DNA of 64,000 bases from Eledone cirrhosa (lineage: Eukaryota): contig OZ024742.1 of NCBI GenBank assembly GCA_964016885.1, positions 238,824,001 to 238,888,000 on the forward strand, read 5' to 3'. Numbering within the stretch: the stretch's first letter is position 1; each line of letters starts with the position of its first letter. A program made the position numbers and the translations under genes. Of the stretch, positions 37,727 to 51,026 are shown piece by piece. Below the pieces are notes generated by a model. The model made no database searches. It saw only the letters and a list, made by a program, of their open reading frames with translations, and was not told the origin of the DNA.

Positions 37727-37789
37727 AAATCCTGGTGTATTTATTGGCGTTGGATTTTAAAAATAAAAATCTAATCTATATGAAAGTGA

Positions 37790-37840
37790 CACACACACAA
37801 ATATATACATACACATATATATATACATACACACATACAT

Positions 37841-37903
<63 letters not shown>

Positions 37904-37952
37904 TATCAACATATCCATACATACAAATACACACACACACAGATATACATGC

Positions 37953-37983
<31 letters not shown>

Positions 37984-38747
37984 AACATATATATACATAC
38001 ATACAAACACATACATATATATACACACGCACATATATATATATACACATACATATATACATACATACATACACATGCATACATACATACAATCATACGT
38101 ATATACACACGCACATACATACACATACATACACACATATATACACGTATACATACGCATGCACAAATATAGAAATATATACATACACCTACATACTCAC
38201 ACACACAAATAAATATAAGAAAAAATATAAAATAATAAAAAAATAAAAATGAATATATAGATTATTATAGTGTTGACAGCGATACAGGCAACAAATAAAT
38301 GAACAAACACACGTGATAAACAATACACACACATACGTAAAAATAAATACATACACATACTCTCACACATAAATATACATATACAAATACATAAACACAT
38401 ACATACGCATACACATATACATATATACACACACATATACATATATACATATATACACACACATATACATATATGCACACACATATACATATATACATAT
38501 ATACACACATATACATATATATACACATATATACACATACATATACATATATACACACACATATACGTATATACACACACATATACGTATATACACACAC
38601 ATACGTATATACACACACATATACATATATATACATATATACACATACATATACATACAAATCACAAACACATACATACAAATACAAACACACACATATG
38701 TGTGTGTAAAACTCATTCTTAGATAATTCATATGAACCTTGTTTAAC

Positions 38748-38787
<40 letters not shown>
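37790..38787. repeat. Compound (CA)/(TA)/(TACA) microsatellites
   Basis: Direct inspection; includes a short AT-rich interruption at ~38200-38350. Confidence 0.9.
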
Positions 38788-38790
<3 letters not shown>

Positions 38791-38851
38791 AAAGTTTTAT
38801 TTAAAATTGTTGGGTTACAACAAGTAAATATTTTATAACTGATATATATTG

Positions 38852-38917
38852 TATTTTATCTGACGAAGGCATGCCATATTTTTAATATGGTATCCCTGAA
38901 ATATGTATAATGAAATA
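38852..38917 (+). ncRNA. Type-I hammerhead ribozyme, canonical core
   Basis: TATTTTAT CTGACGA AGGcATGCCATATT ttt AATATGGTATcCCT GAA ATATGTAT A ATGAAATA. Confidence 0.88.
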
Positions 38918-39103
38918 AATATGGTTTTATAAATATAGTTTCCATTTGTTTAATATCGTATATATATATATATATATGTAGGAGGTGAGTTTTATTGTAG
39001 TACAATAAATCAATGCAGATATCGGATAAGTAGCACTCTACAATTTGTAGGACTGGAGTATAAATAAAATATAAGATCAAAAGATGGTTAAAAGAGTTCC
39101 ATG

Positions 39104-39174
39104 TATTTTATTATGCGCATTTCAAAAACAAATATCATCATGCAATAATATTTGCGTTTTCGTCAGATAAAATA
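39104..39174 (-). ncRNA. Type-I hammerhead in the inverted 5' pLTR copy
   Basis: Reverse complement of 42259-42329 with one substitution in stem II. Confidence 0.88.
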
Positions 39175-42100
39175 GGGAGACATGATATGAAGGTTAAAAC
39201 ACACTTGTGAATAGTGCAGTTTTAAATCAACATATGAAAAGTTAACTAACATTATAAAATATCTTAAATTGAAGAGAAACCCTTACAGAGGACAAGAGCA
39301 CCTTGTAAATCTCAAGAACACAATTTCAAACCTAAATTCCTCAAAAAATGCTTTAGTCCACTCTGACAAAACCAATAGTGTATATGGTATTTCCAAGGAT
39401 AACTATAACAACCTTATCCTAAAGGAACTTAGGAAAAAATATCGCAAAACCAACCATGATAATTTGGAATCCATAAACTTTGAAGCTTCTGAGATTATGT
39501 CAAAACTTGGCATCGGAAAAAAGACCGAACCATTCCTCCCAAGAACTCCGAGGATAAATCTCAAGGATCACAAAAACAATTTTCGTACTGAACTACCTGT
39601 TAGACTAATCGCCATCTCTAAATCAGATCTGGGGGTTGTTAGCAAAGCCACCTTGGATAGAATTATCCCACAGGTTCGTTCTAATTGCTCTTCTTTGAAC
39701 TTAAATTTATGGTTTGGTACTTCTGAAGTGATTGGCTGGTTCAACAAATTGAACAAGAAAAATAAACAAAAATTTATTCAATTTGATATTGCCAGCTACT
39801 ATTCTTCTATTTCGCCCTCACTTCTCAACAATGCTCTATCTTTCGCTTACAAATATTCAGACATCACCACAGATGAACTTCACATCATTCTCACCGCACG
39901 TAAAACCATCCTAGAGTTCAACAATGAATATTGGACCAGAGCTGATACCTCTAACAACTTTGACATCACAATGGGAGCATCCCGATTGACAGATTTAATT
40001 GGTATCTTTATTTTGAACTCTTTGAATCGGAAAATTCTTCAACTTCGCGGTGGAATTTATCGTGACGATGGACTCTTTACTATCTTAAATTGCAACATAG
40101 TTAACCTTAATATTATTAAGAACAATATACGTAATCTCTTTAACCAACATAACTTAAAAATTGAATTTGATAACAGCATCAAACTAGCTAATTTCTTGGA
40201 TGTATCTCTTAATCTTGACACTGGCCTATATTACCCTTACCATAAAAACAATGAGAACCTAAATTATGTTAATTTTAAATCTAACCATCCTACTGATTTC
40301 AAGAATGCTATAGTTAGTAATATTGGAAAAAGAATTCTAAAGCCGGTTATCCTGATAAAATCAAATATAGTAAAGAAACAAATTCTAGAAGATCTTACAG
40401 TAGAATAATTAACCATGATCATTCCAATAACTTTAATAAAAGACCTAGATACAAAAACATAATCTGGTATAATGCTCCTTTCTCCATCTCTATTAATAAT
40501 AATATTCCTAAATTATTCTTTAGTGCCTTAAATAAATGCTTCCCTCCCTCACATATCTATAGTAAAATATTTAACAAACACACTATAAAATTTTCCTATT
40601 CGACCTCCTCCAACATCTCCAACATTATCTCTAAACACAACAATAAAATACTAAATACTAAATCTCTTCCTTCCAACACTGAATATCATAATAATAGTAA
40701 TAGTACTCCCGACGTCATTGTTAACTCTAGGCTAATTTCTGCAAACCCAAATACAACGTCAAACGCAACTTCGCTAAATGTTCTTAATCCCATTCTAAAT
40801 CAAGAAACTATTATTCCTATCGTAAATAACTTCTCCAATCCAATCCCTTCTATAGATAACACTAGGTCACTTGTTAATAACTCTGTTAATCTCTCTAATC
40901 GCAATTGCAATTGCCCTGTTAAAAATAAATGTCCTCTCAACAACCATTGTCTTGAAAAAAACTTAATCTACGAATGTAAAGTTATAACTGACACCATTTC
41001 CTTTACCTATTTTGGCTCCACTTCCACCTCCTTTAAAGCTCGTCTTTATAATCACCATTCGTCTTTTAAATACCAACTTAAAAGAACCAACACGGCTCTC
41101 TCAGAACTCATATGGTCCTTGAAAGACAAAAATATTAACTATAACATCTCTTGGAAAAAGGTTTCTTCTGCTTCTTCATACTTGAATAGTTCTCTATCCA
41201 AGACATGCAATCCCTGTTTATGTGAAAAATTTACCATTATATCTAATTCAGATTCTATAATAAATAGACGCACTGACTTGTTTTCTCTCTGCTTGCATAA
41301 ATTCCACAGAACATTCCATAAAATATACAGCTAATATCTAATACTTTATCAATTTAAAATCCTTTTCTCAAAGGCACATATATATATATATACGTATATA
41401 TTTCTTTAAAAATATACCCATCTTTCTACCTTATTTCAATGTTATTTATTATACATTATATAATACTAGTTACTCATTCTATATCACTCCTATTTATCAC
41501 TTCCCTTTCTTTTTTCCTTTTTTTCTTTTCTTTTTTTCTTTTAATTTCTAACCCCTAACCTGTACCTTCTCTTCCTAGATACTTCTCAATTATCATTGTG
41601 CCTAACGTAGAAACAATTATTACTCAGCACAATATATTCTTACTTTATATCACCTTGAAAAAATCCTTCGTAAACATAAACAATTCATTATTTTTTCTCC
41701 CTTTCATGCTCATCTAACTTATACATATTACACTTATTCATCCACTCTTCTACTTCTTTCACAATATATCCTTAATTACATTACTATTGCTATATTTTTA
41801 TATTTTTTAATAATACATATCAACAATTTCTTTCCATCGCACATATTATTAAACCCTTAAATATTATTCTTAATACATATTAACAATTTCTTTTCATCGC
41901 ACATATTATTAAACTCTTAAATATACAAACCTTAATTTAACATTATTCTAAATTTTTCTCTTCGTTAATTTTCAAATTCTTTTAATTTATATATTATCTT
42001 CCAACGGTTTTTCAACCTCTCTATGTAAAACAACATATTTTTCTCAGTTATAAAAGCTATCTCTCTTTCTCTATCACCCATCTCTCCTATCTCATTATAC

Positions 42101-42258
42101 TCCTCCCCCTCCACTTTTTACTCCCATCTCCTCCTCTTTTTCACCCACCCCCCTCAATTTTTTCCCAATATCACACATCAATCTAAAACTACTTTTCATA
42201 TGTTGATTTAAAACTGCACTATTCACAAGTGTGTTTTAACCTTCATATCATGTCTCCC

Positions 42259-42329
42259 TATTTTATCTGACGAAAACGCAAATATTATTGCATGATGATA
42301 TTTATTTTTGAAATGCGCATAATAAAATA
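42259..42329 (+). ncRNA. Type-I hammerhead in the PLE 3' pLTR
   Basis: TATTTTAT CTGACGA [~16-bp stem II, loop GCAT] GAA ATGCGCAT A ATAAAATA. Stem I is 8 bp and stem III is palindromic. Confidence 0.9.
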
Positions 42330-42359
42330 CATGGAACTCTTTTAACCATCTTTTGATCT

Positions 42360-42400
<41 letters not shown>

Positions 42401-42479
42401 CATACACACATACACACACACATACCTACACACACATATATACATACACATACGTATGCATACATACACACACACACAC

Positions 42480-42524
<45 letters not shown>

Positions 42525-42945
42525 AGAAAGAACAAATATTATATATATAAAAAAACCTAAATATTGTATATATAAAAAAATATATTGTATATATAAAAAT
42601 AAAAATGAAAATAAAAAGTTGGGAATACGACAAATAATAAATAAAAAAATATATATTTAGAAAAGGGTATAAATGTTTATAGCAGATTTAGAGCACTCAA
42701 CAAGTTCCTGGAGCAAAATATCAATGAAAATTAGCATTAAATCACTGTATGTAATTATGCATATACACACACCCATACTCTGTTACCTACATAGAGCACT
42801 CTTTTTTCCTGGACTTTTCCGACGGAATTACTTCACATATATATAGATATATATATAGATGTGTCTGATGGTAGCTAAGATGCTTCCATAGGCAGTATGC
42901 TGGCTGAGCACTATGCTCTTACAGAGCAGAGTATTTATATATCTA

Positions 42946-42982
<37 letters not shown>

Positions 42983-45743
42983 CTATGGACCTGTTATTTT
43001 TTCTAAAACATTTTCTTCCGATTCTGCCCTGTCTCTCCCCTCTATCTTTCTAATTTCTCATTCTTTCTTCGGATAGACTAGCATTATGCTGCGCCTACGA
43101 CTTTACACCAAGACACTGTAATATCATACTTTTAAAATGAGAGATTAAGTCTTGAGGGTAGACCATTTACCAAGGTGTTTTAAATGACATCCTATTGCTC
43201 AGGTGCCATACTTTTTGCAGTAAACAACAAAAGATATTTGCATGTGCCGACTGACACGTGGCATTTTGATAAGGAAACTGTGCGTTCTAAGCATGGTCGG
43301 TGCTACCCTTAGGACCAACTAGGCAGTCACGTAGGGCGCTGACTTCAGAAAGGGGCACGTTGAACCTTAAAGGATCACAATTTAACACAAAGTTGTATAA
43401 TTAACATTTAATATATAATTACATTAAATATGTAATATGTTCTGGAGTGAGTGTGGACTGCGTAGTGGAAAATGCCGGCTTAGAAATTTTCTAATTGTGG
43501 TCAGAGCAAAAAATGTCAAAAACTAAGTTTGTCAGCTTATTAAACTGTAAGTTGAAATTATGAGAGAAGGGAGCACAATGTAAAGCTAGTCTGGGGTGTT
43601 AAATGTACAGGCGCTGATTCCGTCTCTTATGCATAAACAATATAAAATTAAAATAAAAAAAATAAAAAATTTAATGAATGATAGAATCAGACGATCTACG
43701 AGCATAGTTATTTAACTCTGCTGCTTCTTGCCCCACCACGACACTTCAATAAATTTGATGCTCCCCTCAATATGTTTAGTGCTAAAAAGATAATGTAAAA
43801 TTTAGAAATTCAAATATTAAAATAGCTCTCCTCCGTTGTGCGCTCTACGTTCAGAATGTCTGATCAACAAATTGAAAAAGGCCGCGGTAATGCTGCGAAT
43901 GTGTTAGCTTGCCTCAAAAAGGAAAGAGAGGTTCCGGCACCCCTTGTGGTATGTGACCGATTGACGTTATTTAGTGTTGAATTAATATTCTCTGTCGTTT
44001 TGATTTAATATTTGTTGTTTATTTCAACTCTAACCTTAAGGTTCAAGTTTGTCGACCTCCCCGTGATGGGCCCAGGAACCTTATCTCTGATCACGATCAG
44101 GCGAACGACAACAACCCGAAACAACTCATACATAAGAACTATTAAATAATTATTTTTGTCTTAGTGCTGTGAAAAAAAGAACAATGCTTAATTTAAGAAA
44201 AAGAAACGTTTGATGATCTTTTACTTATCTATTCACAAATCGTAAGCAGTTAATTTCTCGAGAGTCAAAGTCAAAGTGGTATTTTGAAATATAATGTAAG
44301 TTCATAATGACTTCATTTCTTTCTTGATGAAATATATACATATATATGGAAAATAAAACTTACCAGTGACATTAATGCTAAATAGGAAAACCAGTAAAAG
44401 AACAGGCTTGTAAAACGTATATGACCACATCATGTATAGTAAATTTTTCTCCCAAGCAGTATAGTTTGATAGAGCAACTAAATGGTGTGTGATAAGTAGA
44501 AATTATACAACTAACGGCAACTTGATAGCAAAATTTATCAATAGAGAAGCAAAGTCCATTCTAAGAAGGGTGAAGGATTGTTATAGTACGGGCCTTCTTG
44601 TAATAATTTCTAGTTTACCGATAATAATATTGTTGGTGATAAAAGATTTATTTGAAAGGGCAATGTAACAAGCTACTGCACGGTTTCCAGAGGTCGCTTT
44701 TATACAATAATATTTCCGTTTGTTGTCAAATTTGTTTAGTCGTTTGTCGTAGTGTGAACTTATGTTCAAATTTCAAGAACTTGTCACATTTTGTCATATG
44801 CCATAGCATGTCACAGTTATTGACACTTAACTATATCGTGCATTCTAAGCATTATGTTAGGAAACCATAAACACTGTCATTTTTATTTATTTACTTATTC
44901 CTATTTAACAGAATATTTATTTTATAAGCATTAAGTTTGATATCTCAATGATTTAATGTGTATAGAAGCTGTAAATTGGGGTTCTCAAGCTTTGATTTCG
45001 TGAGGCGGGTGAAGTCGATTATATTGGTTTCAGTGGCTTATTTCATCTACTCCGACAGGTACGACGAGAAGCAACAATATAATGTAATATCAACTTCGAA
45101 ATTATATATTTACCAGGATGGAAAAAGTGAGCAAAACCGCTTACGGGATTCAAACCACTAATCTGACGAATTCAGACAACTGCATTATCAATTACATCAA
45201 AGTGAACTTGGATGGCTTCAATCATTAAATTAGTACACACAGTCATAATATATCATCGTCATAATCATCAATAGGAACATCGTTTTTACTTCCATTTTTC
45301 CATGCTTGCTTGGGTGAGACAAATTCATTAGATATGTACTATGTAGTTTCAACAGTTTTTTTCCAGTTGGATGCACTTCATATCACCAACTACATTACTG
45401 TGTGGAATGAGTGTATTTTATCATGTCACCAGCACCAGCAAGGTAGTCTGTGAGGACTTAAGTCTCCCATTTACGATGTATCAGTTTTTATTCAGTTACT
45501 GCTCTCCCAGATAAGTTTTATGGATTCCATGTCTATTCCAAGTAGATATTCAGTTTGGGTTTAAGACTACAGCACTAAGATTATAGTTCGAGATCACTGT
45601 ATCATAAAGGAGGAAGAATAGTCATATGTTGAGAACCAAACACACTCACATATAAATGTATATAGTCATATATACATACACACACACAGTTACTACTACA
45701 ACAGAGCCATAGCAGTAACACGTTTTGTTGGCCTGGAGCACTA

Positions 45744-45783
<40 letters not shown>

Positions 45784-45795
45784 ATGTTTCTTTAC

Positions 45796-45830
<35 letters not shown>

Positions 45831-45832
45831 AT

Positions 45833-45873
<41 letters not shown>

Positions 45874-45874
<1 letters not shown>

Positions 45875-46760
45875 GAGGTGTGTCAGAAAAGTTCCAGGAC
45901 TGATGTCACAAAAGATTTATTTCAAACGCAAACTTCATACAGAGTTTTCTCCTTCAAAGTAATCCCCCTGGAGTCTAATGCACTTTTTCCATCCTTTTCT
46001 ACCACGCTTGCATGCACTCCTGGAAGGACTCTTCTAGGATCCTCCGCAGTTCCGTCGTCATGGCCTTTTCGATGTCGTCCACGTCTTCAAAACGGGTCCT
46101 CTCCGAGACGTACTCGAAGATCCATGACTCATCACCGGTGATGACTGTCCCTAGCAAGTCTGGTTCGGTTTCAAGACGCTCGAGGATGTCCTGGCACACT
46201 TGCATGCGTCGACCCTTCTGGTCATCGTTCAGCAGTTTTGGCACCATCTTCACGCAGACTTTCCGCATGTCCAAATCTTCAGTGAGAATCATCCAGACGC
46301 TGTCCCGATTCATGCCCAGCTCATTTGCCATCAGTCGAACAGTCAGCCGAGAATCACTACGCACCATCTGCCTGACGCGCTCAATGTTGACCTCAGTCCT
46401 GGTTGTTGAGGGCCTTCCGCTCCTGGGGGTCATCTTGCACCACTCAAAAACACGTGAGCGTAACATCGTCTCATCTCCATACATTTGCTGCAGCAATCCC
46501 AGTGCTTCTGACGGAGTTTTCCCCAACCGTACCAGAAACTTAAAGTTTGTTCGTTGCTCTGTGCTCATTGCTTGACGACCTGAAAGAGAGGACATGTATA
46601 TAAAATTATGAAGAAAAAAGTTTGATCGCTGCAGATAGCTAAGATTACAGTTACATACTCCAGGGGGATTATTTTGAAGGAGGAAAACTCTTGGTGTGAA
46701 GTTTGGGTTTGAAATAAATCTTCTGTGACATCAGTCGTGGAACTTTTCTGACACACCTCG
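45874..46760 (-). mobile_element. Internally deleted mariner with ~100-bp inverted ends and TA TSD
   Basis: TIR CGAGGTGTGTCAGAAAAGTTCC... ORF 45999..46595 has RSGRP, KMVPKLL and VITGDESWIFEY, with the catalytic middle deleted. Confidence 0.93.
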
Positions 46761-46829
46761 TATATATAAAGAAACCATGTATACATAACCTATATCCTGG
46801 ACTCTTACACAGCGCTAAGAAGATAAAGT

Positions 46830-47025
46830 TAATATAAAGAATGATGTGTTCCTGAATGAAGATGCTATAAAATAACTTATAAAATAGGATGAAGACCCTT
46901 AAAGCACCTAACCAGTATGGGGTTCGTTTCTTCATAGCGACCTATAGCAACTTCTCTTTCCGTATTTTAAGGGTCTTTACCCTATTTTATAGCATCTCTG
47001 TATGTGAGCACATTATTCTTTATAT
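46830..47025. repeat. Imperfect inverted repeat (MITE-like)
   Basis: ATATAAAGAATGATGTG / CACATTATTCTTTATAT and AGACCCTTAAA / TTTAAGGGTCT. Confidence 0.65.
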
Positions 47026-47094
47026 CAATGTATATATTTATTTAGAAAGTGAACAACACAAAATATAACTACTCCATTAGCAATATACATACAT

Positions 47095-47169
<75 letters not shown>

Positions 47170-47172
<3 letters not shown>

Positions 47173-47578
47173 GTATACTATTTATGGTTATGTATATATT
47201 AAACTTTTTATAGTTATGTATATTTTAAACCTTAAACAGTGAAGGTCAGTAATTTATTACTACCTTATTACCAGTAAGATAAATAGCTCAATGTAATAAC
47301 ATCAGTTGTTCTACAGAGCAGTTATATAGAATTCACAAGAATCAAAGCTATGTTCAAAGCATTTATTCACTTACAATTGTTTCATCCAAACCTAGGCTTG
47401 GAGTCTTCGGAGCATTTTTCAATGTTTGCACATATAATTGACCTCCTTTCCGGAAAGGTGGTCAATTATATGTGCAAACATTGAAAAATGCTCCGAAGAC
47501 TCCAAGCCTAGGTTTGGATGAAACAATTGTAAGTGAATAAATGCTTTGAACATAGCTTTGATTCTTGTGAATTCTATA
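47170..47578. mobile_element. Fold-back pLTR-like unit (locus 2): ~255-bp near-perfect palindrome with back-to-back hammerheads
   Basis: The palindrome spans 47324-47579, centred on CTTTCC|GGAAAG. Hammerhead folds at 47368-47414 (-) and 47489-47535 (+) both have the core CCGAAGA. Confidence 0.85.
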
Positions 47579-47721
47579 TATATATATATATATATAAAAG
47601 AAAATTTCGCTCTACATGGCTGAATACAATAAATGTAATCTGAGTTTTTCGAATATTAATAATAACATTCGATTCGTTTGCAATTTTGCAAACAAGCCTC
47701 AATTTTATAGCCATGTCAGTA

Positions 47722-48147
47722 GATTAGGGATCGAATTGATCTAGATGAAATGCAGTTTGTGTTTGGGCCAGGTAAAAGTACCATGGATGCTCTCTTCCTT
47801 GTACAGCAACTACAGGAGAAGTACCTAGCTAAAAGTAAACCCCTCTACTTAGCTTTTGTTGACTTGGAGAAAGCCTTTGACAGAGTCCCCTACTCCATTA
47901 TCTGGTGGGCTCTTAGAAAACTAGGAGTAGATGAATGGCTTGTGAAAGCTATACAAGCAAGGTTAGAATTAACAATGAATATAGTGAAGAATTTAGCATA
48001 AAATTGGGTGTTTACCAAGGCTCCGTTCTTGGCTTCCTCCTGTTTATTATTGCCTTATAGGATATAGCAGAAGAGTTTAAGACTGGCTGCCCATGGGAAC
48101 TTCTATATGCAGATGATCTAACTCTCATAGCTGAATCTATGGCAGAA
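47722..48147 (+). mobile_element. RTE RT internal fragment
   Basis: QLQEKYLAKSKPLYLAFVDLEKAFDRV ... PWELLYADDL. Confidence 0.9.
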
Positions 48148-48933
48148 ACAAAACAACGGCTCACAATGTGTTTGCTGTACCTGTCCTAACACCAATGGTT
48201 GGAATATTCAAAAATAAACAAAATCCGAGCAATTGATGTTAGGACCCGAAGAATCCAAGTCTACGTTAGAAACTGACTTTCTTTCTCTTTGTAAAATTTT
48301 ATAAAATTATAAAACCAGAATAATATGTACATATGCTTATATATATATATGTGTATGTGTATAATTTCATTTGTTGTCAGCCCTCTTTTCGTGGATTTAC
48401 ATTCAGCTGCACTATATGCTCCATAGTATATCTGATGATAGAAAATCTCTGTGATGCCCCTCTTCCCCTGAAGCCATAAGTATATGCTTATTTCACTCAA
48501 TAGTTAATCCAGTTCTGTCTCTAATTAATGTTAAATAGTAAAATTCATGATTCTCATCCTTTGCTAGGCCAATTGAACAATTACTTGCTTTAAATAAAGT
48601 TGATTATCTCAGTTTTGTCTTTACTTCAGTTGACTTTACAAACCAAATAAAAGATAACAGACTACTGTGTCAAATGAATTGAACTTCATTTATCTATTTT
48701 GAACTTTGATGCCATGTCATTGTAGTTTATTTGTGTTTTATTTAAGTTGATATATTATTGTATATGAAACATGTTACAAATAATCTTTTGGTGTAATTTT
48801 CATGCCAAGAATTGAACTCAACTTTGATGTTAAATTTCAGCTGATAGAATGGTAATATTAGGAAAAATATAATGAACTAAGTAATCACGAGAGTAGTTTC
48901 TGCTCTCGGTATTATGTTGAAGCATTAAAACAA

Positions 48934-49498
48934 TAATCAGTTCCTGATTATTACTAGAATTCTATAAGAATCAAACATTCATGATTTTCAGCAAACAGGT
49001 GGAGCTTTGATAAGTACCAAAAAGTACAAAACAGAGCTCTGTCAGCTTTATCTCCCCTGTTTGCTGAAAATTTAAAGTAAGTGAGATTGTCACTACTCTA
49101 AAACAATAGCGTAAGGTCTTCGAAATGCTTTTAATTAAGCATACAGTGTATTGCAAAATACACTATATATACATTCATATATATATCGCTATTTCAGAGC
49201 ACCAATTCTAATTTTCAATTTCTGCTTGACCGGCAACCGCTCTGTATAATCAGTTCCTGATTATTACTAGAATTCTATAAGAATCAAACATTCATGATTG
49301 TCAGCAAACAGGTGGAGTACTTAGCTTTGATAAGTACCAAAAAATTTGAAACAGAGCTCTGTCAGCTTTATCTCCCCTGTTTGCTGGAAATTTAAAGTAA
49401 GTGAGACTGTCACTATTCTAAAACAATAGTGTAAGGTCTTCGAAATGCTTTTAATTAAGCATACAGTGTATTGCTGCAAAATACACTGTATATACATT
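48934..49498 (+). repeat. ~313-bp-period tandem dimer, each unit with a hammerhead fold (retrozyme-like)
   Basis: Units start at 48934 and 49247. Each has AGCT TTGATAA GTAC...(A/G)AA ACAGAGCTCTGT C AGCT, enclosed by CAGCAAACAGG/CCTGTTTGCTG. Confidence 0.85.
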
Positions 49499-49509
49499 AA
49501 AACAATATT

Positions 49510-49790
49510 CAATCATCATCCTTATTTTATCCCCCCTTTTCTTGCTGGAAAGGGTTGAATGGTTGGACCCATCTTCCATATTTGGCATGGTTCCTATGGC
49601 TGGGTGCCCTTTCTAATACCAGTAACTTTACAGAGTGTACTGGGTGCATTTTTGTGGTACCACCACAACCACTTTACAGGGCGCACTGGGTGCATTTTTT
49701 TGTGACACTAACACTAATATTATACAGGATGTACTAGGTGCATTTTATAGTGGCACTAGCACCAGAGAGGTTGTTATATGTGCTTCCAGA
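49510..49790 (-). mobile_element. Old RTE 3' UTR relic
   Basis: Diverged match to the GGATGCCCTTCCTAACACCAACC...TTTACAG.GTG..CTGGGTGC tail, with (CAT)n. Confidence 0.6.
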
Positions 49791-51026
49791 CTGAAGGGTC
49801 TTCTCAAACCCTATTTTGTCTCCATTCAGTCACCAACATTGTAGTCTCTGGTGACTCACTACATTTACATTTTGTGTTGCAGTGCTTGTAAAGGAATCTG
49901 GGTCTTTTGTATTATGGAATAGCACCATAATCAAATAGTATTAATCAGTGTGGAAAATCCCAATTTCATTAACAAACAAATTAAGCATTTAATGTAAATG
50001 TTTATTGTATATATAACCAAAGAAAAAACATTATCTTTGAAAATATATGATTTCCCCTTCTTAAATGCTTGAATGATATATTTGCTATCTTATCATTACT
50101 CTAAAAACATTCACCCAGAAAAGCTTTTAAACTTGTTTTAAGTTTTGAGCCATGATAACAAGTAATATGCTGTTTCATGTGGAAAATCTGACTTAGCTAT
50201 AAAGCTACTACTTTTAATCAAGGTTAAGTTACTGCAGAGAGTACAGATACTGTACATTGAATTAAACTTTAAAATGTTATTGATACTTATGTAGAGCATT
50301 GCTGTGAGCTCATCATAAATACAAACTGTTGATGGAAAGAACTTTACTGCAGACTAGTTATTGAACTGGTCAGCAGTGAAGGGACTTCTGGTGAGGCGAG
50401 TAACAAGGCTTGGACTTTAGTGGGTAGATCACTCCTTCTTATATTTGTAAATGTTTGTCATGCAATAAACAACAGTTCAACAAATCACCGTTTGTTATTA
50501 TTCTGCATATAGCTTAACTAAAGCTGTAAATGGTGACTGTGAAGAAAGAAAACAAAACACAATCATGGCAAATGAAAACGCTGCCACACTTAAACTTCCA
50601 TCTTATTTTCAGGATTATATTGCTCAATAATTATCTGCAGCAGTTTGGTTATATCTTTATACTTTTATTTGGTTTCTCAGTTCTCACCTCAATCAAATTC
50701 ATATATGGTAATTCATTTCATCCACAAGTTTATTCCTTCCACGAATACTGTTTAAAACGTGAGGCCTGGGGTATATATATTTCCTTTTTAAGTAAAGAAT
50801 GAGGCAGGGATGGATCATGGGTAAACCTGTAAACTCTTTACATAAAACGCCCGAATAGAAGACTGAAATGATACTTTCAGTTAACTAAATTACTCTGTAA
50901 ATCATCAACACCACCACCAACAACAATATTATTAATAGTTTCTGATTTAGGCACAAGGCCAGCAATTTTGGGTGATTAAATCGATCCCAGTGCATTACTG
51001 GTGCTTTATTTTATCGACCTCATATG

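Larger units (their letters stand above)
39069..42364 (+). mobile_element. Penelope-like element with inverted terminal pLTR copies
   Basis: ORF 39269..40408 has SDKT, LKDHK, FIQFDIASYY, YRDDGL and FLDVSL. A frameshifted linker and GIY-YIG follow to 41334 (CNCPVKNKCPL, YFGST, FKAR). 39069-39242 is the reverse complement of 42191-42364. Confidence 0.93.

Noticed and set aside
43840-43920. CRE-like RGNAANVLACL peptide
   Set aside because: It is too short and degenerate to call as a feature.
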